Assembly (NCBI GenBank): GCA_010093995.1
Contig: ML992538.1
Coordinates: 1-40,621, forward strand
Origin: Elsinoe ampelina
Taxonomy: Eukaryota
Reading direction: 5' to 3'
DNA: 40,621 nucleotides
Below the pieces are notes generated by a model. That model was not told where the DNA came from. It made no database searches and saw nothing but the letters and a program-made list of their open reading frames with translations. Both the position numbers and the translations under genes were made by a program. This document shows, piece by piece, positions 11,050 to 23,038 of this stretch (position 1 is the first letter of the stretch; every line of letters begins with the position of its first letter).

Positions 11050-11597
11050 AGGAGGCTGATACTGAATCGACGAACGGAGTGGAGGCAGTGATGGAGTCGT
11101 ACTTTTCCGCCGCGACCAATATCACTGGCACGACACGCGACATTAGAGTCGTCATACCTGGAGGCCTGAGTTGCCACACCATCGCCAGAAGAAATGCCCC
11201 CGGACTTGAACACAGCGAGTCCAGTCCGCAGCTTCACATCCACTAGCTGCCATGTACAATAGTCACACGGAGCCACAGCTCACGCGGGTAATCAGCGCAA
11301 GAAATCAAATCAATAGAACGAACATGTATGCCCATTGTGATGAAAAAAGAGAGAGAGAGGCGATCCCACTCCTAAGAATAACTACTCCACGCTTTTCCCC
11401 CATCGCCAAAATGCGCTACAACCCCTTTGGGAGAGGGACTCCCCCGTCCGAAATCATCCTACGAACCCTCTTCCAGCTCGTGCTCTTCTTCGTCCCCACC
11501 CCTCCCTCCATTCCCAATGCTGCACCCCCCTTCCACCAGCCCCCCCACGCCTCCTCCCCTCACCCACCTCCTCATCCGCCCCGTCTCCCGCGCCACC

Positions 11598-13253
11598 CTA
11601 CGACGACCCATTCACCCCATCCTCAAGCTTGACCTTCTCCAACTCCCCCGCCGCATCCTTGGCGCCGTCCTGTTCCTGCGCGAGTTGAGCCCCGGCGTCG
11701 GCCTGGCCGTTGACGCCCTGGTTTTTGGCGGCAGGCTTGTTGCCCGCGTCGGTGGCGCCGGAGGCGGAGGAGGTGCCATTGGTTTCGGCTTGGGCTTCGG
11801 CTTCGAGACGGTCGATTTCTTTTTGGGCTTTGGTGATGTTCTGCGGATCTGTATTAGCACGGGAATGGAGCAAAGGGGGAATAGAGGATGGGAAAGAGGA
11901 AGGGAGATGGGGGAAACGCACCTCCTTGGTCTTCTTGTCCTGGTCGGATTTCCAGTGGGCGAGCTTCTCCTTGAGCTTCTCTACTACTGCGGGAATGTCG
12001 CCCGAAGTCATGGGTGGATCGACGCTGACCTTTGCAAGCTGCTCGATGACGTCGATGCTGAGGTTGAACTTTTCGCCGGAAGCAGGGGCAGCAGAGGCAG
12101 TGCCCTTCTTGCCACCCTTCTTCTTCTTGCCTCCGCCACCGATAAAGTACGCATCGTCATCGTCGTCGGCCTTCTTCTTGAGCGCGGTGCCCTTGATGCC
12201 GCTACTGTCGATTTGGCGGGATGCAGTGGCGGCGAATTTGCCAGGTCCGTTGGCGGCTTTGGCTTCGACAGAGGAGGGGTCGAAGTGGCGGATCAGATTC
12301 TGAGCCGTGATGATCTCGTCTTGGTAGGCTGGAGCGGAGGCGTCCTCGAGTTTCTGCTGGGCGACTTGACGGCGCTTGCCAGCGAGGTAGGCTTCTTGCT
12401 CAGCGCGCTGCTTCTCCTTGCGGATCCTGTAGGCTTCCTTTTCGTACTCGGCGGCGGCGCGCTTAGCGGCGTAGTACTTGTCTTTGATCTCCTTGACAGC
12501 GGCATACTTGGTTTGTTGCTCTTCGTGTAGCTTTGTTCGCTCGTCCCGGAGGCCGTTCAGGTTCTTGTATACTTCGTCCTGCTCACCCTTGATCTGGTCC
12601 AGTTCCTTGTTGATCTCGCCGTACCTGTCGCTCAGAGCCTTGCTTTCGGGGTCGTCGAGCTTCTTCTTCTCCTCTGCGATCTGCTGCTTGACGTTGTCGA
12701 TCTTCTTCTGCGCCTCGTCGAGTGCACCAAATCCTTTCTTGGCTTTGTTCAATCCAGAGATTTCAGCCAATGCCTTCTTCTCGTCCACGAGCTTCATCAT
12801 TCCAGTGTCGACCTGCTTCTGTAACCGTTCGATTTGCGCCTGCACCTCCTCAGTGGACTTGTAAGGCATTCGGCTTCGGGCGGTCTTTTGCTCGTTCTGT
12901 AGCGACTTGAGTTGCTCGTCCATTCGCTTGACCTTGTCCATGACTGCAGTCCTCGAGGTCTTGCTACCTTGCTGCGTTGCCTTGATCTTGTTGCGCTCCT
13001 CGATCAGCTCAGCTCGACGCTTTGCCGAGGGACTGTCCTGATTCTTAGGCTGGGCGAGCTCGAGTTTGGCCTTGTTTGCTTTCTGTTTGTCTTGGACGGC
13101 AGTGAGTTCCTTCTCAGCTTTTGCAAGAGCGGTGCGGAAAGACTCTTCATCGGGTCGTTCGGGTTTGGTCACGCCGCCTGACTTGGTAGGGCCATCTGCT
13201 TTGGCGTTGATGGTGCCCATCTTTGCGGCGCTGGGGGTTGCGAGATCAGCCAT
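11598..13253 (-). CDS. BFR1: Nuclear segregation / mRNP-associated coiled-coil protein Bfr1; exons 13253-11922 and 11840-11598
   Basis: Long Lys/Glu coiled coil with LQKQVDTGMMKLVDEKKALAEIS, YFIGGGGKKKK and FNLSIDVIEQLAKVSVDPP motifs typical of fungal Bfr1. 81-nt intron 11921-11841 (GTGCGT...CTAAT...CAG). Confidence 0.85.
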   Translation of the reverse strand: MADLATPSAAKMGTINAKADGPTKSGGVTKPERPDEESFRTALAKAEKELTAVQDKQKANKAKLELAQPKNQDSPSAKRRAELIEERNKIKATQQGSKTSRTAVMDKVKRMDEQLKSLQNEQKTARSRMPYKSTEEVQAQIERLQKQVDTGMMKLVDEKKALAEISGLNKAKKGFGALDEAQKKIDNVKQQIAEEKKKLDDPESKALSDRYGEINKELDQIKGEQDEVYKNLNGLRDERTKLHEEQQTKYAAVKEIKDKYYAAKRAAAEYEKEAYRIRKEKQRAEQEAYLAGKRRQVAQQKLEDASAPAYQDEIITAQNLIRHFDPSSVEAKAANGPGKFAATASRQIDSSGIKGTALKKKADDDDDAYFIGGGGKKKKGGKKGTASAAPASGEKFNLSIDVIEQLAKVSVDPPMTSGDIPAVVEKLKEKLAHWKSDQDKKTKEVRFPHLPSSFPSSIPPLLHSRANTDPQNITKAQKEIDRLEAEAQAETNGTSSASGATDAGNKPAAKNQGVNGQADAGAQLAQEQDGAKDAAGELEKVKLEDGVNGSS

Positions 13254-13577
13254 TGTGAGGTTGTTCCGGTAAGACGTGGGAAGCGGATTGGTTGTATGAA
13301 TAACGAAGGATTACTACACCATGCGATGTCGAGTTTTGTAGATTGAAGATAAAGCAAAAGTGCCTCTTGTTCTTCTAGGTTGATAGTCGAGGTCGACGAC
13401 CGCGAAAAATGAGGAGCTTGGACGTTCTTTTTTGGACCCTTTTGGTTGGAAAGTGCGGGCTGCTTGATTTTAGCTCAGCTTGGCAACGGGAGAGCAATGT
13501 ATAATTATAAAGCATGATTATCAAATGAAAATGGTCTTGATCATGATACATATGCTACATTGTCCGGTTCTATCAAC

Positions 13578-16564
13578 CTAATGCATCTTCTCCCCTATAC
13601 CGGCGCCGCACCAGCACCCACCCTCCCCTTCCCGCTCCACCTGAACCACAACCTCCATGCCCCTGTCCCTGAAGAAGTGATTCACTCGTTCTCGGACATC
13701 TTCTTGTCCTGCTGCTCTCGATGCAATGACATGTACTGTTCCGATCAACTTCTTCTTGCCCTCGTCTTCACCATGACTGTGACCATGATGGTGATGTCCG
13801 TGCCCCCCATCGCTCTCCCCGTCCTCGACCCAAAATCTGACACCACCGACACCCACAACTCCTCGTAGCGTGACAAGATCTTGTAAAGCATTCTTCAATT
13901 CGTACTCGAGATCCTCGGGGATGACAAGAAGGAGCTTCTTGGCAGACTCCTTGACAAGAGGTACGGCAGCCATGAAGATCAAGATTGCAATCAGAATTGT
14001 CGCCAGGGGATCCCATAGATACCACGGCTTCCACAAGGTAAGTGTTGTGCTGATGATGACGGCCAGAGACCCGCCAGCATCAGCGGCAATATGCAAGTAG
14101 ATGCCGTGCATATTTTCGTTTTCGTGACCATGCGAGGAGTGTGATATGGTTGGATCTGCAGGTGGATAGAGCGATGTAGGGGTTGGTCGCTTCGAAGGTG
14201 ATACAGACCGTGACCTGGCAGCTGTATGAGAATGCGAATGAGAGTGGTCATGATTGTGACCATGTGAGTGCTCATGCCAGTGAGAGTTGTATGGGCCATG
14301 ATCGTGGCCATGATCGGGATTATGGTCGTGCGAGTCGGAGTGGCCATGGCTGTGCGAATGGGAGTCGCAGTGTGTATGGTCATGGCTTCCATGAGAGTGA
14401 CCGTGGCTGTCAGAATGTGAATGGTCGTGGAGTGCGTGATCCTGGTCGTGATGCGAATGCGAATGTGTATGGGCATGGTTGTGATCAGCGTGCGAGTGTG
14501 CATGAGAGTGTGAGTGGTCGTGATGTGCATGAGAGTGACCATGACTATGCCCGTGACTGTGACCATGATCGTGGCCGGCATGAGCATGACCAAATGCCAG
14601 TAACCCCACCATGTTGACAATGAGACCGAGTGTGCTGACCACGAGCAGCTCTTCAACTCTGCGGAGTTCAGTGCCCTCCATGATGCCTTCTATCGCACCC
14701 CAGACAAATTCCACACTGACAAGCCTGATATAAGGTCAGCCGATGCAAAAAGAAATGATGGATTTTGTCGGCCTACATCAGGAATACGCCATTACCGAAG
14801 CCAGCAAGCGTGTTCAGCTTTCCCCATCCGTAGGGTTTTTCGGGACTGGTAGGCCATTTACTTGCTACAGAAGCCGCAAGACCAATGATCAGAGCCAGAC
14901 AATCGAAGAACATATGTACCGTATCGCTGAGGAGACCGAGAGATCCACTGACCCAACCATAGAAGCCTTGCACCAGCATGAATGCAAAATTGAGACTGTG
15001 AAGTCAGAACATGATACGTCAAGGACTCCCCGAGAAGCTTACCAGGTGAAGTATGCAATGCGCCGAGAATCCTTTTCGCTAAGAATGTCGTAAATCAAAG
15101 AGCCTCTGCTGACTCGTGAGAGAAGAAATCTTGTAAGTACAGAAACATTGCCATGATGATGCTTGTGGCCAGTGTGTACAGGTGTGTTGTCCAAAGCACT
15201 GCGTGGAGCAGCAATTGAAGCATCGTATATAGAAGCGATAGCGGTTCCCCATGATAGAGACTCGTTCGTCACGACGGCCATGAAATTAAAGGGTCTTAGT
15301 GATAGTATCAAGACAGTAGAGGCCAGAACACCAGCGACGAGTCCTGCTTTCGGTCTACTTTGAATGGCTTCTTTCGAGCCAAAGAACATTGTGGCTAATG
15401 CCGCAGCAGCAGTCGAGACCAGGTACAGCACAATGTGTCCGGACAGTTGCGGCATTACTCCGACCAGAGCACATATGCTGTAAGCAGCAAGTCCCAGTAT
15501 GATTCCTCCGGCTGTTGCCAGATCAGAACTCGCTTTGGACGATAGGAATTCCGGCAAAGTATGTGCATTTGTCGTGTTGGACCCGGCTGACCGACCCGAA
15601 GCGGTCGATTTGAATTTCGTTGCGCTGATCTCGGCAAAAGGCGGCTTGAGCGCGATGAGTGAGGTTATCAAGGTGAGGTAGCCGAATGACAGATCATGCC
15701 AGTCGGTCTTGGTGGTGATATGTGAGAAGTCGGCAATGATGCTCGCAGCAAGAGCTATTAAGAACCCGGTCGATTTCTGCAAAACGTCGGGAAGAGGCAC
15801 GAATCTGGCAGTGGATGAGCTTAGTCCAGATGCAATGGCTGCAAGTGTAAGAATGGCCACCCGAGGTCCACCTAGAAGCATCGCGGCGTACAGAGGGAGT
15901 GCTATGCCCAACCCACTCTTGAGTAGACATTGTACCCGGGCTGCGCTGAACATGGAAGATCCAGTGGTGTACGCAGAGGGGTCGGACTTTTTCCGCCTGT
16001 CCAGAGATGTAGGAGGTGTTGATAGACGCCCAAGTAGACCAGAGACTGTCAGAATCGCAGACACCAGGACGGCCGTCATGAGCATTGGTGACTCCACAAC
16101 AGCATGCGACTTGCTCTTCTCAATTGCAGCATCCAGCTCTTCGTCCGCAGTCTTTGCTGATGAGTGCGCTATGTGCAATGTTGCCGCCAGTACGAATTGC
16201 AGTGGTAAAGCTCCTCCCGTAAGGATAGCTTTTGCGAAAGAGGGCATGCTACCAGAATCAGCGGTGCGTTCTGCATTGACTTCCTTTGCCTCTTAACCTA
16301 CCTGGCAGGGGTCGATAAAGCGCCTCCAGCCGGACGTCCAAGATCAGAGTCTCCCCTCAGCCGACCCTTCATGGGAAGTTTCTGCGAATGCAGGCTGGCA
16401 TGTCCATTCACCGTGCTCTTCATCGAGCGATCGACTGAGAAATTATCTTCCTCTTCTTCTCGAATATATGGCGACGTATGTGATCCATTGAGGCTCGGGA
16501 AAGAATTCTGGCCGCGCGTGTGTTTGTGTCCCCCATTGTGAGGGAGAGCATAGCCAGATGCCAT
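13578..16564 (-). CDS. MSC2: Cation diffusion facilitator Zn2+ transporter, Msc2/Cis4/ZnT5-type; exons 16564-16302, 16248-15043, 14995-14777, 14724-13578
   Basis: Multi-TM N-terminal extension, then EKDSRRIAYFTCLNFAFMLVQGFYG..SGSLGLLSDTVHMFFDC (CDF TM2 HxxxD), a His-rich loop, and NENMHGIYLHIAAD (TM5 HxxxD). Three GT-AG introns (53, 47 and 52 nt) keep frame. Confidence 0.9.
14225..14590 (-). repeat. Low-complexity (His-X)n coding repeat forming the cytosolic loop of the Zn transporter
   Basis: Translation HAHAGHDHGHSHGHSH...HSHSHSHT; seen as degenerate GTG/ATG-containing hexamer periodicity on the + strand. Confidence 0.9.
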
Positions 16565-16981
16565 GGATAGATCGAGATTATGATCCGAATTGACTTCTTA
16601 TCGCGCGGGGGACGCGCAGCGTTTGTGGTCGACAAGGTCCATGCCAGTAATGCACCAACAGGCTGTTGAAGATGGTGAAGGTGTGTATCGTTGACGTGGC
16701 CGAAAAGCTGGGCAAAGCTGTCGGACGTCTATATGGAAGTTATGGGCATGATTGGCAAGGTCGGCGACATGACGACGATATAGAAAAGCAGGGGCCAAGT
16801 CTGGACGGTCGTTTACAATGGCGATGCTTGAAATCCAAATCCAGGGTCCTCGTTTCGCGGAGCTGTCTGCGATGCGGCTCTGACATGCAACCTTTCTCCA
16901 CCTTCCTCTTCGGCATTCTTCACATCAGTCGCGCATCTTGACCAAGTGCGACAATACCTGTACCCGGGCATACCTTTCAGA

Positions 16982-18484
16982 ATGCTGTCATCCCCGTCAT
17001 GGGCCAGACTGTCGTGGGAGACGGAGCTGACCATGGCAGCGGTCTTCTTGACCATGATCGCCTTTGTCATCTTTACTCTGCCATCCGCATACAGTCCATA
17101 TGCAGAGCAACGTATCAGCTTGGATGATTTCACTGAAGAAGACCACGACGACCCGGATTCTGGATATCGCCATGTACGCAGATCGAACAGCGATTCGACA
17201 AAAGCCAATCCCACAACTTCAGTCGTAGTCTTCGTCCTTGGTGACATTGGCAGAAGTCCACGCATGCAATACCATGCACTCAGCATCGCCAAGTATGGAG
17301 GCCGAGTGGATCTCGTGGGGTACACTGACACGGAAGTGCTGCCTGAAATCAAGAAGCACAAGTTGATAAACGTCGTGCCTCTGTCGCCGTTGCCAGCGAG
17401 TCTGCGGACAGACAAGAAAGCGGCGTTTCTCCTCGTGGCGCCACTAAAGGTCTTATACCAGATGTGGACTATCTATAGAGCGTTGGGCTTTCGCGTGTAT
17501 CCTCGGAGATTCATGCTGGTACAGAACCCGCCATCGGTACCGACTCTGCTCATCGCTCAAATAGTCTGCTTCATCAGAAACACCAGGCTGATCTGCGACT
17601 GGCATAATCTAGGTCACACTATACTGGCTCTGAAGCTTGGACAGCGACATGCGCTCATCAAGGCATCCAAAGCATATGAGAAAAGTATTGCACCTTACAT
17701 GTACAAGAACATCACAGTGTCACACGCCATGACGAGACTACTCAATCAGGAGTATGGCATCGAAGCGCACGCCTTACATGACCGACCCGCCAAGCAATTC
17801 CGACCTCTGGACGCTCAACAGAAGTCTACCATACTCAACAAACTCACACAGACGCAAACGCATGCGAAGCAATTCATTAGTGGAAAGCGTAGGCTTGTGG
17901 TGAGCTCCACATCGTGGACTGCTGATGAAGACTTTTCTATCCTACTCGATGCGTTGGTGGTATACTCGGCGACGGTGGAGATGAGCCCTTCGCTGCCAAA
18001 GCTGACAGTCATAATCACCGGGAAGGGACCTCTCAGGAAGTACTACCTGGACAAAATTGCAAAATTTGCCCAGAGCAAGAAACTCGGTAACGTGGAGATA
18101 CATACGGCGTGGTTGAGCATGGAAGATTACGCACTTTTGCTCGGTGCTGCCGATTTGGGAGTGAGTCTACACACCTCGTCCTCTGGGGTGGATTTGCCCA
18201 TGAAGGTAGTGGACATGTTTGGTGCTGGACTGCCGGTAGCGGGATGGGACAAGTTCGAAGCATGGCCTGAGCTTGTGCAAGAGGGGGTGAACGGCCGCGG
18301 GTTCCAGAGCGCCGAAGGTCTGGAGCGATTGTTCGAGGAGCTTTTCAAACAGAACGGAGCGGCATTGGCAAAGCTGAAAGAAGGAGCAATGAAGGAGAGT
18401 AGCAGGAGATGGGAAGATGAATGGCCGAAGGTGGCCAACCTGTTTGGTATCAAGCTCGAGCAGCCGCGCCAAGTTGAAGCATGA
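16982..18484 (+). CDS. ALG1: Chitobiosyldiphosphodolichol beta-1,4-mannosyltransferase (GT33), intronless; start 16982 or 17032
   Basis: N-terminal TM anchor and signature motifs VLGDIGRSPRMQYHALS, QNPPSVPT, DWHN, VSSTSWTADEDF, ITGKGP and LGVSLHTSSSGVDLPMKVVDMFG. Confidence 0.96.
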   Translation: MLSSPSWARLSWETELTMAAVFLTMIAFVIFTLPSAYSPYAEQRISLDDFTEEDHDDPDSGYRHVRRSNSDSTKANPTTSVVVFVLGDIGRSPRMQYHALSIAKYGGRVDLVGYTDTEVLPEIKKHKLINVVPLSPLPASLRTDKKAAFLLVAPLKVLYQMWTIYRALGFRVYPRRFMLVQNPPSVPTLLIAQIVCFIRNTRLICDWHNLGHTILALKLGQRHALIKASKAYEKSIAPYMYKNITVSHAMTRLLNQEYGIEAHALHDRPAKQFRPLDAQQKSTILNKLTQTQTHAKQFISGKRRLVVSSTSWTADEDFSILLDALVVYSATVEMSPSLPKLTVIITGKGPLRKYYLDKIAKFAQSKKLGNVEIHTAWLSMEDYALLLGAADLGVSLHTSSSGVDLPMKVVDMFGAGLPVAGWDKFEAWPELVQEGVNGRGFQSAEGLERLFEELFKQNGAALAKLKEGAMKESSRRWEDEWPKVANLFGIKLEQPRQVEA

Positions 18485-19964
18485 CATGTACAGCAGACAT
18501 ATACGAGACACAGATCTGACAACTTCGGAACAACATGACCAGACCTACCAGATATTATATAATGTCACAACGTGGCGTGTAAAAGTTGAGCAGAAGGACT
18601 ATCAGAAATCACAGATCTTGACATTGTTCTCATTTTATCGGTGGCTCTCAGGGACATCTTCTACCATTGAATTACAAGCCACATATCGCAGAACAAGATG
18701 GACTTCGCCTAAGCTTGACAATTTTCCAACAGAGTTCGCATGAGACGTCTGAAGGACGCGCAAGAGGGGACTCTTGTGAGGCTGTTGGCCGGGAAGTTAC
18801 CAAATTTCCGAAGCACGAGACGAAGGTCACTGTCTGCTGTTTCAAGGAGTGTGCCACCCCGTCAACGAGGCCGTCCGTGTCGCATGAAGACCTTGACGAG
18901 ATTGAAGATGACTGACTATGCTAAACACAGCCTCTGCGTTCGATAAGATGGTAATGCAACGATGCGATAGTGTCTATCTCGTCAATGCCACTGCTCTGAG
19001 GAAGGAAATGGGACGTTCGCTGCGCCACGCCTCACATGCCTGTGCACTCAACAGAAAAAATTAAGCTCGCATCTCGTGTTGCGGGCGAACTCACGCCGTC
19101 ACATGGAGGAGCCGCAAGCCACGATAGATTGTAAACACGAAAAGGGCTGTGTCAGCAGAAGAGATGATGGTGGATGATGTGCCATTATTGTGATGTCCAT
19201 CGAGCGAGAGAGACCAGATCTGACCCGGGCTAACTTACAGCTTGTGCTTGCGCTGGAATTCGAGGCCAACGACGATGATCCACAGCGGGTCTTTCTTTCC
19301 TGCTGGTGCTGCATCGAGCAACAGAGGAAGCAGATCACTGCTCGAACAAGCTAAATACAAACTCGGTCAAGGCGCGTGGCTGCTCGACTTGCCCAGGGTC
19401 AGTCTGTGTCTGCTGATTCGTCACTTTTGCCCTCGTTCCTGGTCTACTCGGCCTTGGCCAGAGCCAAATTTTCTGGTTTGGGAGCCGACCGCGACCTGGA
19501 GTCTCCACTGTCCTGTGCCCACACATTCTTCGAAGGTTCACACTGGCGCTCTCGTCCGTGACTGTCACGCTTCTCCTTCTTCCATCCAAGCCTCCACCAT
19601 CTTCCAATCGTTACATCCACACTCTCGTTTTCCGTTACATCCCCTACTTACGCATCCCATCTGTCAGCTTCCTGGCATCACATTCGCTTGTCCTTTAATC
19701 GCAATCCCGTCTTTCGCTATCACCTATCACCAATCACGATTTTCCCTCTTGCCAACAACGGTCTCGACATTCAACAAACGGCCCTAACAAACAGAAACTG
19801 GCCGTCCAAAAATACCTGAGCACTCCGCAACGATCTTGAATTGTGACGTGGTCCTGCAGAAACCGACTGGACCTGGTTAATTTGAAGTCGACACATCATC
19901 CTTCTGTCAAAGTACGACACCGCCTATTACCCTCCGGCGCACCAACTTCTTCAACATCGCCGCC

Positions 19965-22294
19965 ATGCGGTGCACACGCGCTTCACGACTGACCCTACCC
20001 GTATTCCTACTCACTGCCCTGCCGGTCGGGGTCATCGCCGGCGATGTACTCTCCACTAATGGCTTCACGGTCTGTTCGGACAACCCGTCGATTCAAGTAA
20101 ATAAATTGAATATTCAATTTGACAAGAGCTCGAGGAAGGTCACATTCGACGTTGGAGGCACAAATGCACAGGAGCAAAATGTCACAGCATCTATCATCGC
20201 CACAGCTTATGGCCGAGAAGTGTACAAGCAGTCATTCAACCCTTGCGATGCTGCCAATTTCGTCTCCCAGCTATGTCCTGGTAAGCATTGGCAAGGACAT
20301 AACTCGCATATTCATACTAATCATTCTCAGTCCGAAACGGCACCTTTTCTGCCAGCGGCGACCAGGACATTCCCCAACAATACGTCGATATGATTCCCTC
20401 AATCGCCTTCAATATCCCCGATCTTGACGGAATGGCAAGAATGGAGCTCAAGTCGGCGGACGGTCAAGAGTTGGCATGCATTCAATCCACGGTCGGAAAC
20501 GGCAAGTCTATGAATGTGCCAGCTGTATCATACGTCGCCGCTGGTATTGCTGCGTCTGCTCTTGCTCTGTCCGCCCTCAGCGCACTGGCATCTGGTGGTG
20601 CTCCTGGCGCCGCAGCACCAAGTCCGACATTTGGAGAAGTCGTTGGTTGGTTCCAGTCGATCGCCACAAGCGGTATGCTCAGCGTCAAGTACCCATCGGT
20701 CTATCAGAGTTTCACCCAGAACTTTGCTTTCAGCACTGGTATCATTCCATGGGGCCAGCTGATGACTACTATCGACAACTTCCGCGAGAAGACCGGCGGC
20801 AACCTCACTGAGGCTAGCTACGAATACCTACGCAACGTAACCATCGTGGCCACCGCAAATGGCAACGGAACGTCAAAGGGGCTATTCAAGCGTGCTACCG
20901 AGGCCGCCTTCTTGTACGCTCGCGCCATCGAGACCAATGTCAATGGAGAGACATCTACTGTCGGCGAAAGCTCCGGCAACAGCACTGCCGAGGAAAGCAA
21001 GCCAATGCACTACGTTCACGGCATCCAGGCATATGTCGAGCAGCTTATGGTCCCTCAGGCTGACACCTTCATGACTGTGCTGCTAATCTTCGCCATCGTT
21101 GTTGCCGCCATCACTGTCCTCATTCTTCTCGGAAAGGTCATTCTCGAGGGTGTCGCAATGGCGAGAGCTCTTCCGAAATCTCTCGAATCATGGCGTCAAC
21201 GTTACTGGTGGAGACTGGCCAAGACTGTCACCAACTTGATCTTTATTCTCTACGGTATCTGGACATTGTACTGCGTCTATCAATTCACCAATGGTGATTC
21301 CTGGGCTGCAAAGACCCTGGCTGGAGTGACTTGGGGTCTCTTCACTGGTGTCCTTGGTTTCTTCACCTGGCGTATTGTCTCAAAGGCGAGGAAGTTTAAG
21401 AAGATGCAAGGCGACTCGTCCCAATTGTTCGAGGACAAGGAGGTCTGGATCAAGTACTCTCTCTTCTATGACTGCTTCAAGAAGGGCTACTGGTGGCTCT
21501 TCATCCCGGCGATTATTTACATGTTTGCAAGGAACACGGTCATCGCTGCTGCCAATGGACATGGTATGGTTCAGGCTATTGGTCAAATGATCGTCGAGGC
21601 TCTCATGCTCGCCCTTCTCGTTTGGAGCCGCCCGTACCAGCTCAAGTCTGGAAACATCATCAACATTGTCATCCAGGCCGTTCGTGTTCTCTCGGTCGTC
21701 TGCATTCTGGTCTTCGTTGAGGAACTCGGCATCAACCAGACTACTCAAACAGTTACTGGTCTCATTCTGGTCATTGTTCAATCTGTCCTCACTGGTGTGC
21801 TCGCGATCCTTCTGGCTGTAAATGCCATCATGGTATGCGTCAAGGAGAACCCTCACAGGAAGAAGAGAAAGGAGCAGGGTATGTTTCTTCGATCTTCCAC
21901 ACAAATGAATCCCACTGACCCCCTCGCAGAGAAGATGCAGCGCGATCTCGACAACCTCACTCCTCTCGATGCTCGCAACTCGCTTCTCATGGACTCATCC
22001 CAACTCACCGAGTACAAGGGTGCCCATCCTCAGACCGGCATGACCAAGGCTCCTCTCGTCTCACCCAGCCTTCCTTCGATCACCACGGCCTCTTCGCACG
22101 GCCGCTACAACCAAGTGCCTGTCAGAGACACAAGCCCTCCAGGCTACGACTACTCCCCACGCCCCACATACGGTGCTCATGCCAATGACAGCCGAGACCA
22201 ACTCGTCACCAGCGCAGCCTCTTTCGCCGGACGAGACAGGTCAAGAAGTCCTGAACCGAAACTGCCAAATGTAGGATTCGGAAGAGCATACTAG
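19965..22294 (+). CDS. Fungal FLC/TRP-like (flavin carrier / Pkd2 / spray family) membrane protein with N-terminal ML-like domain; exons 19965-20280, 20331-21878, 21930-22294
   Basis: Signal peptide, ML-like domain (TFDVGGT...AYGREVY...NPCD...QLCP), IPSIAFNIPDLDG, LACIQSTVGNGK, FQSIATSGMLSVKYPSVYQSF, and many TM helices. Introns 20281-20330 and 21879-21929 are canonical. Confidence 0.88.
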
Positions 22295-23038
22295 ACCTGA
22301 GAAGGATAACAGGAACAACGTCAACGAGCAATCGTCGGACAGAAACAGCATAGATCGGACCCATGATGACGACTGCCCTTGGACCAGCTCACAGAGAGTG
22401 GTGGAGGATACACGCGGTCAACGACCATTTACTTCATTTCTTTTCGTACTGTTCAAGCTGCGAGCGCGTCGGGCATTTTAGGGCGGGCGTATCACTTTGT
22501 TTAATAAATACGGTATCTGAGATTGGATGAGTAGTATACTTCATTTCATGAACAGATGGAGGGAGGGTAGGGAGGGGGATATGTACAGGCAGATCATGTG
22601 GAGAGAATGTAATCTGTTGTGTACCACTTTGTTCGTGCATAGTGAATGTGTGGTAAGCGACTGTGACAGACATGTAGAATGACGGAGGCTTGTTGTATTC
22701 TGTCTCTGACTTTTGGAGTATGCAAGTGCTCACATGCTATTCGCGTGGACTCTTGACCATCTGTCTCCCAGCGGTATGAACCCCACGACAGAACGCGCCA
22801 GACGGATCATGCATGCTCGAACTCGTCTCCTGTGAAACCATGAAAATGTAAGGTAGCCTTCCCTTTCGAAAAGAAGTATGTACATCCCCAACCCTATCAT
22901 CTGACCACTGTCGGGAGAAACAAGTATACACATGTTCCACGCGTTGGTTTCCTCGGCTCCCTCTCCCTCTCCCCCCCTCTCTCTCCTCCGCCCTCCTCTT
23001 CCCCTTCCTGACCCCTCCCTCGCCGATCCTCCGCGAGG

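Noticed and set aside
11427..12530. 367-aa hydrophobic + strand ORF
   Set aside because: Antisense shadow of Lys/Glu-rich BFR1; the hydrophobicity comes from the complement of AAG/GAG codons.
18500..19960. Several 60-180 aa ORFs between ALG1 and the FLC/TRP-like gene
   Set aside because: No motifs or consistent splice structure; the pyrimidine-rich composition fits a promoter and long 5' UTR.
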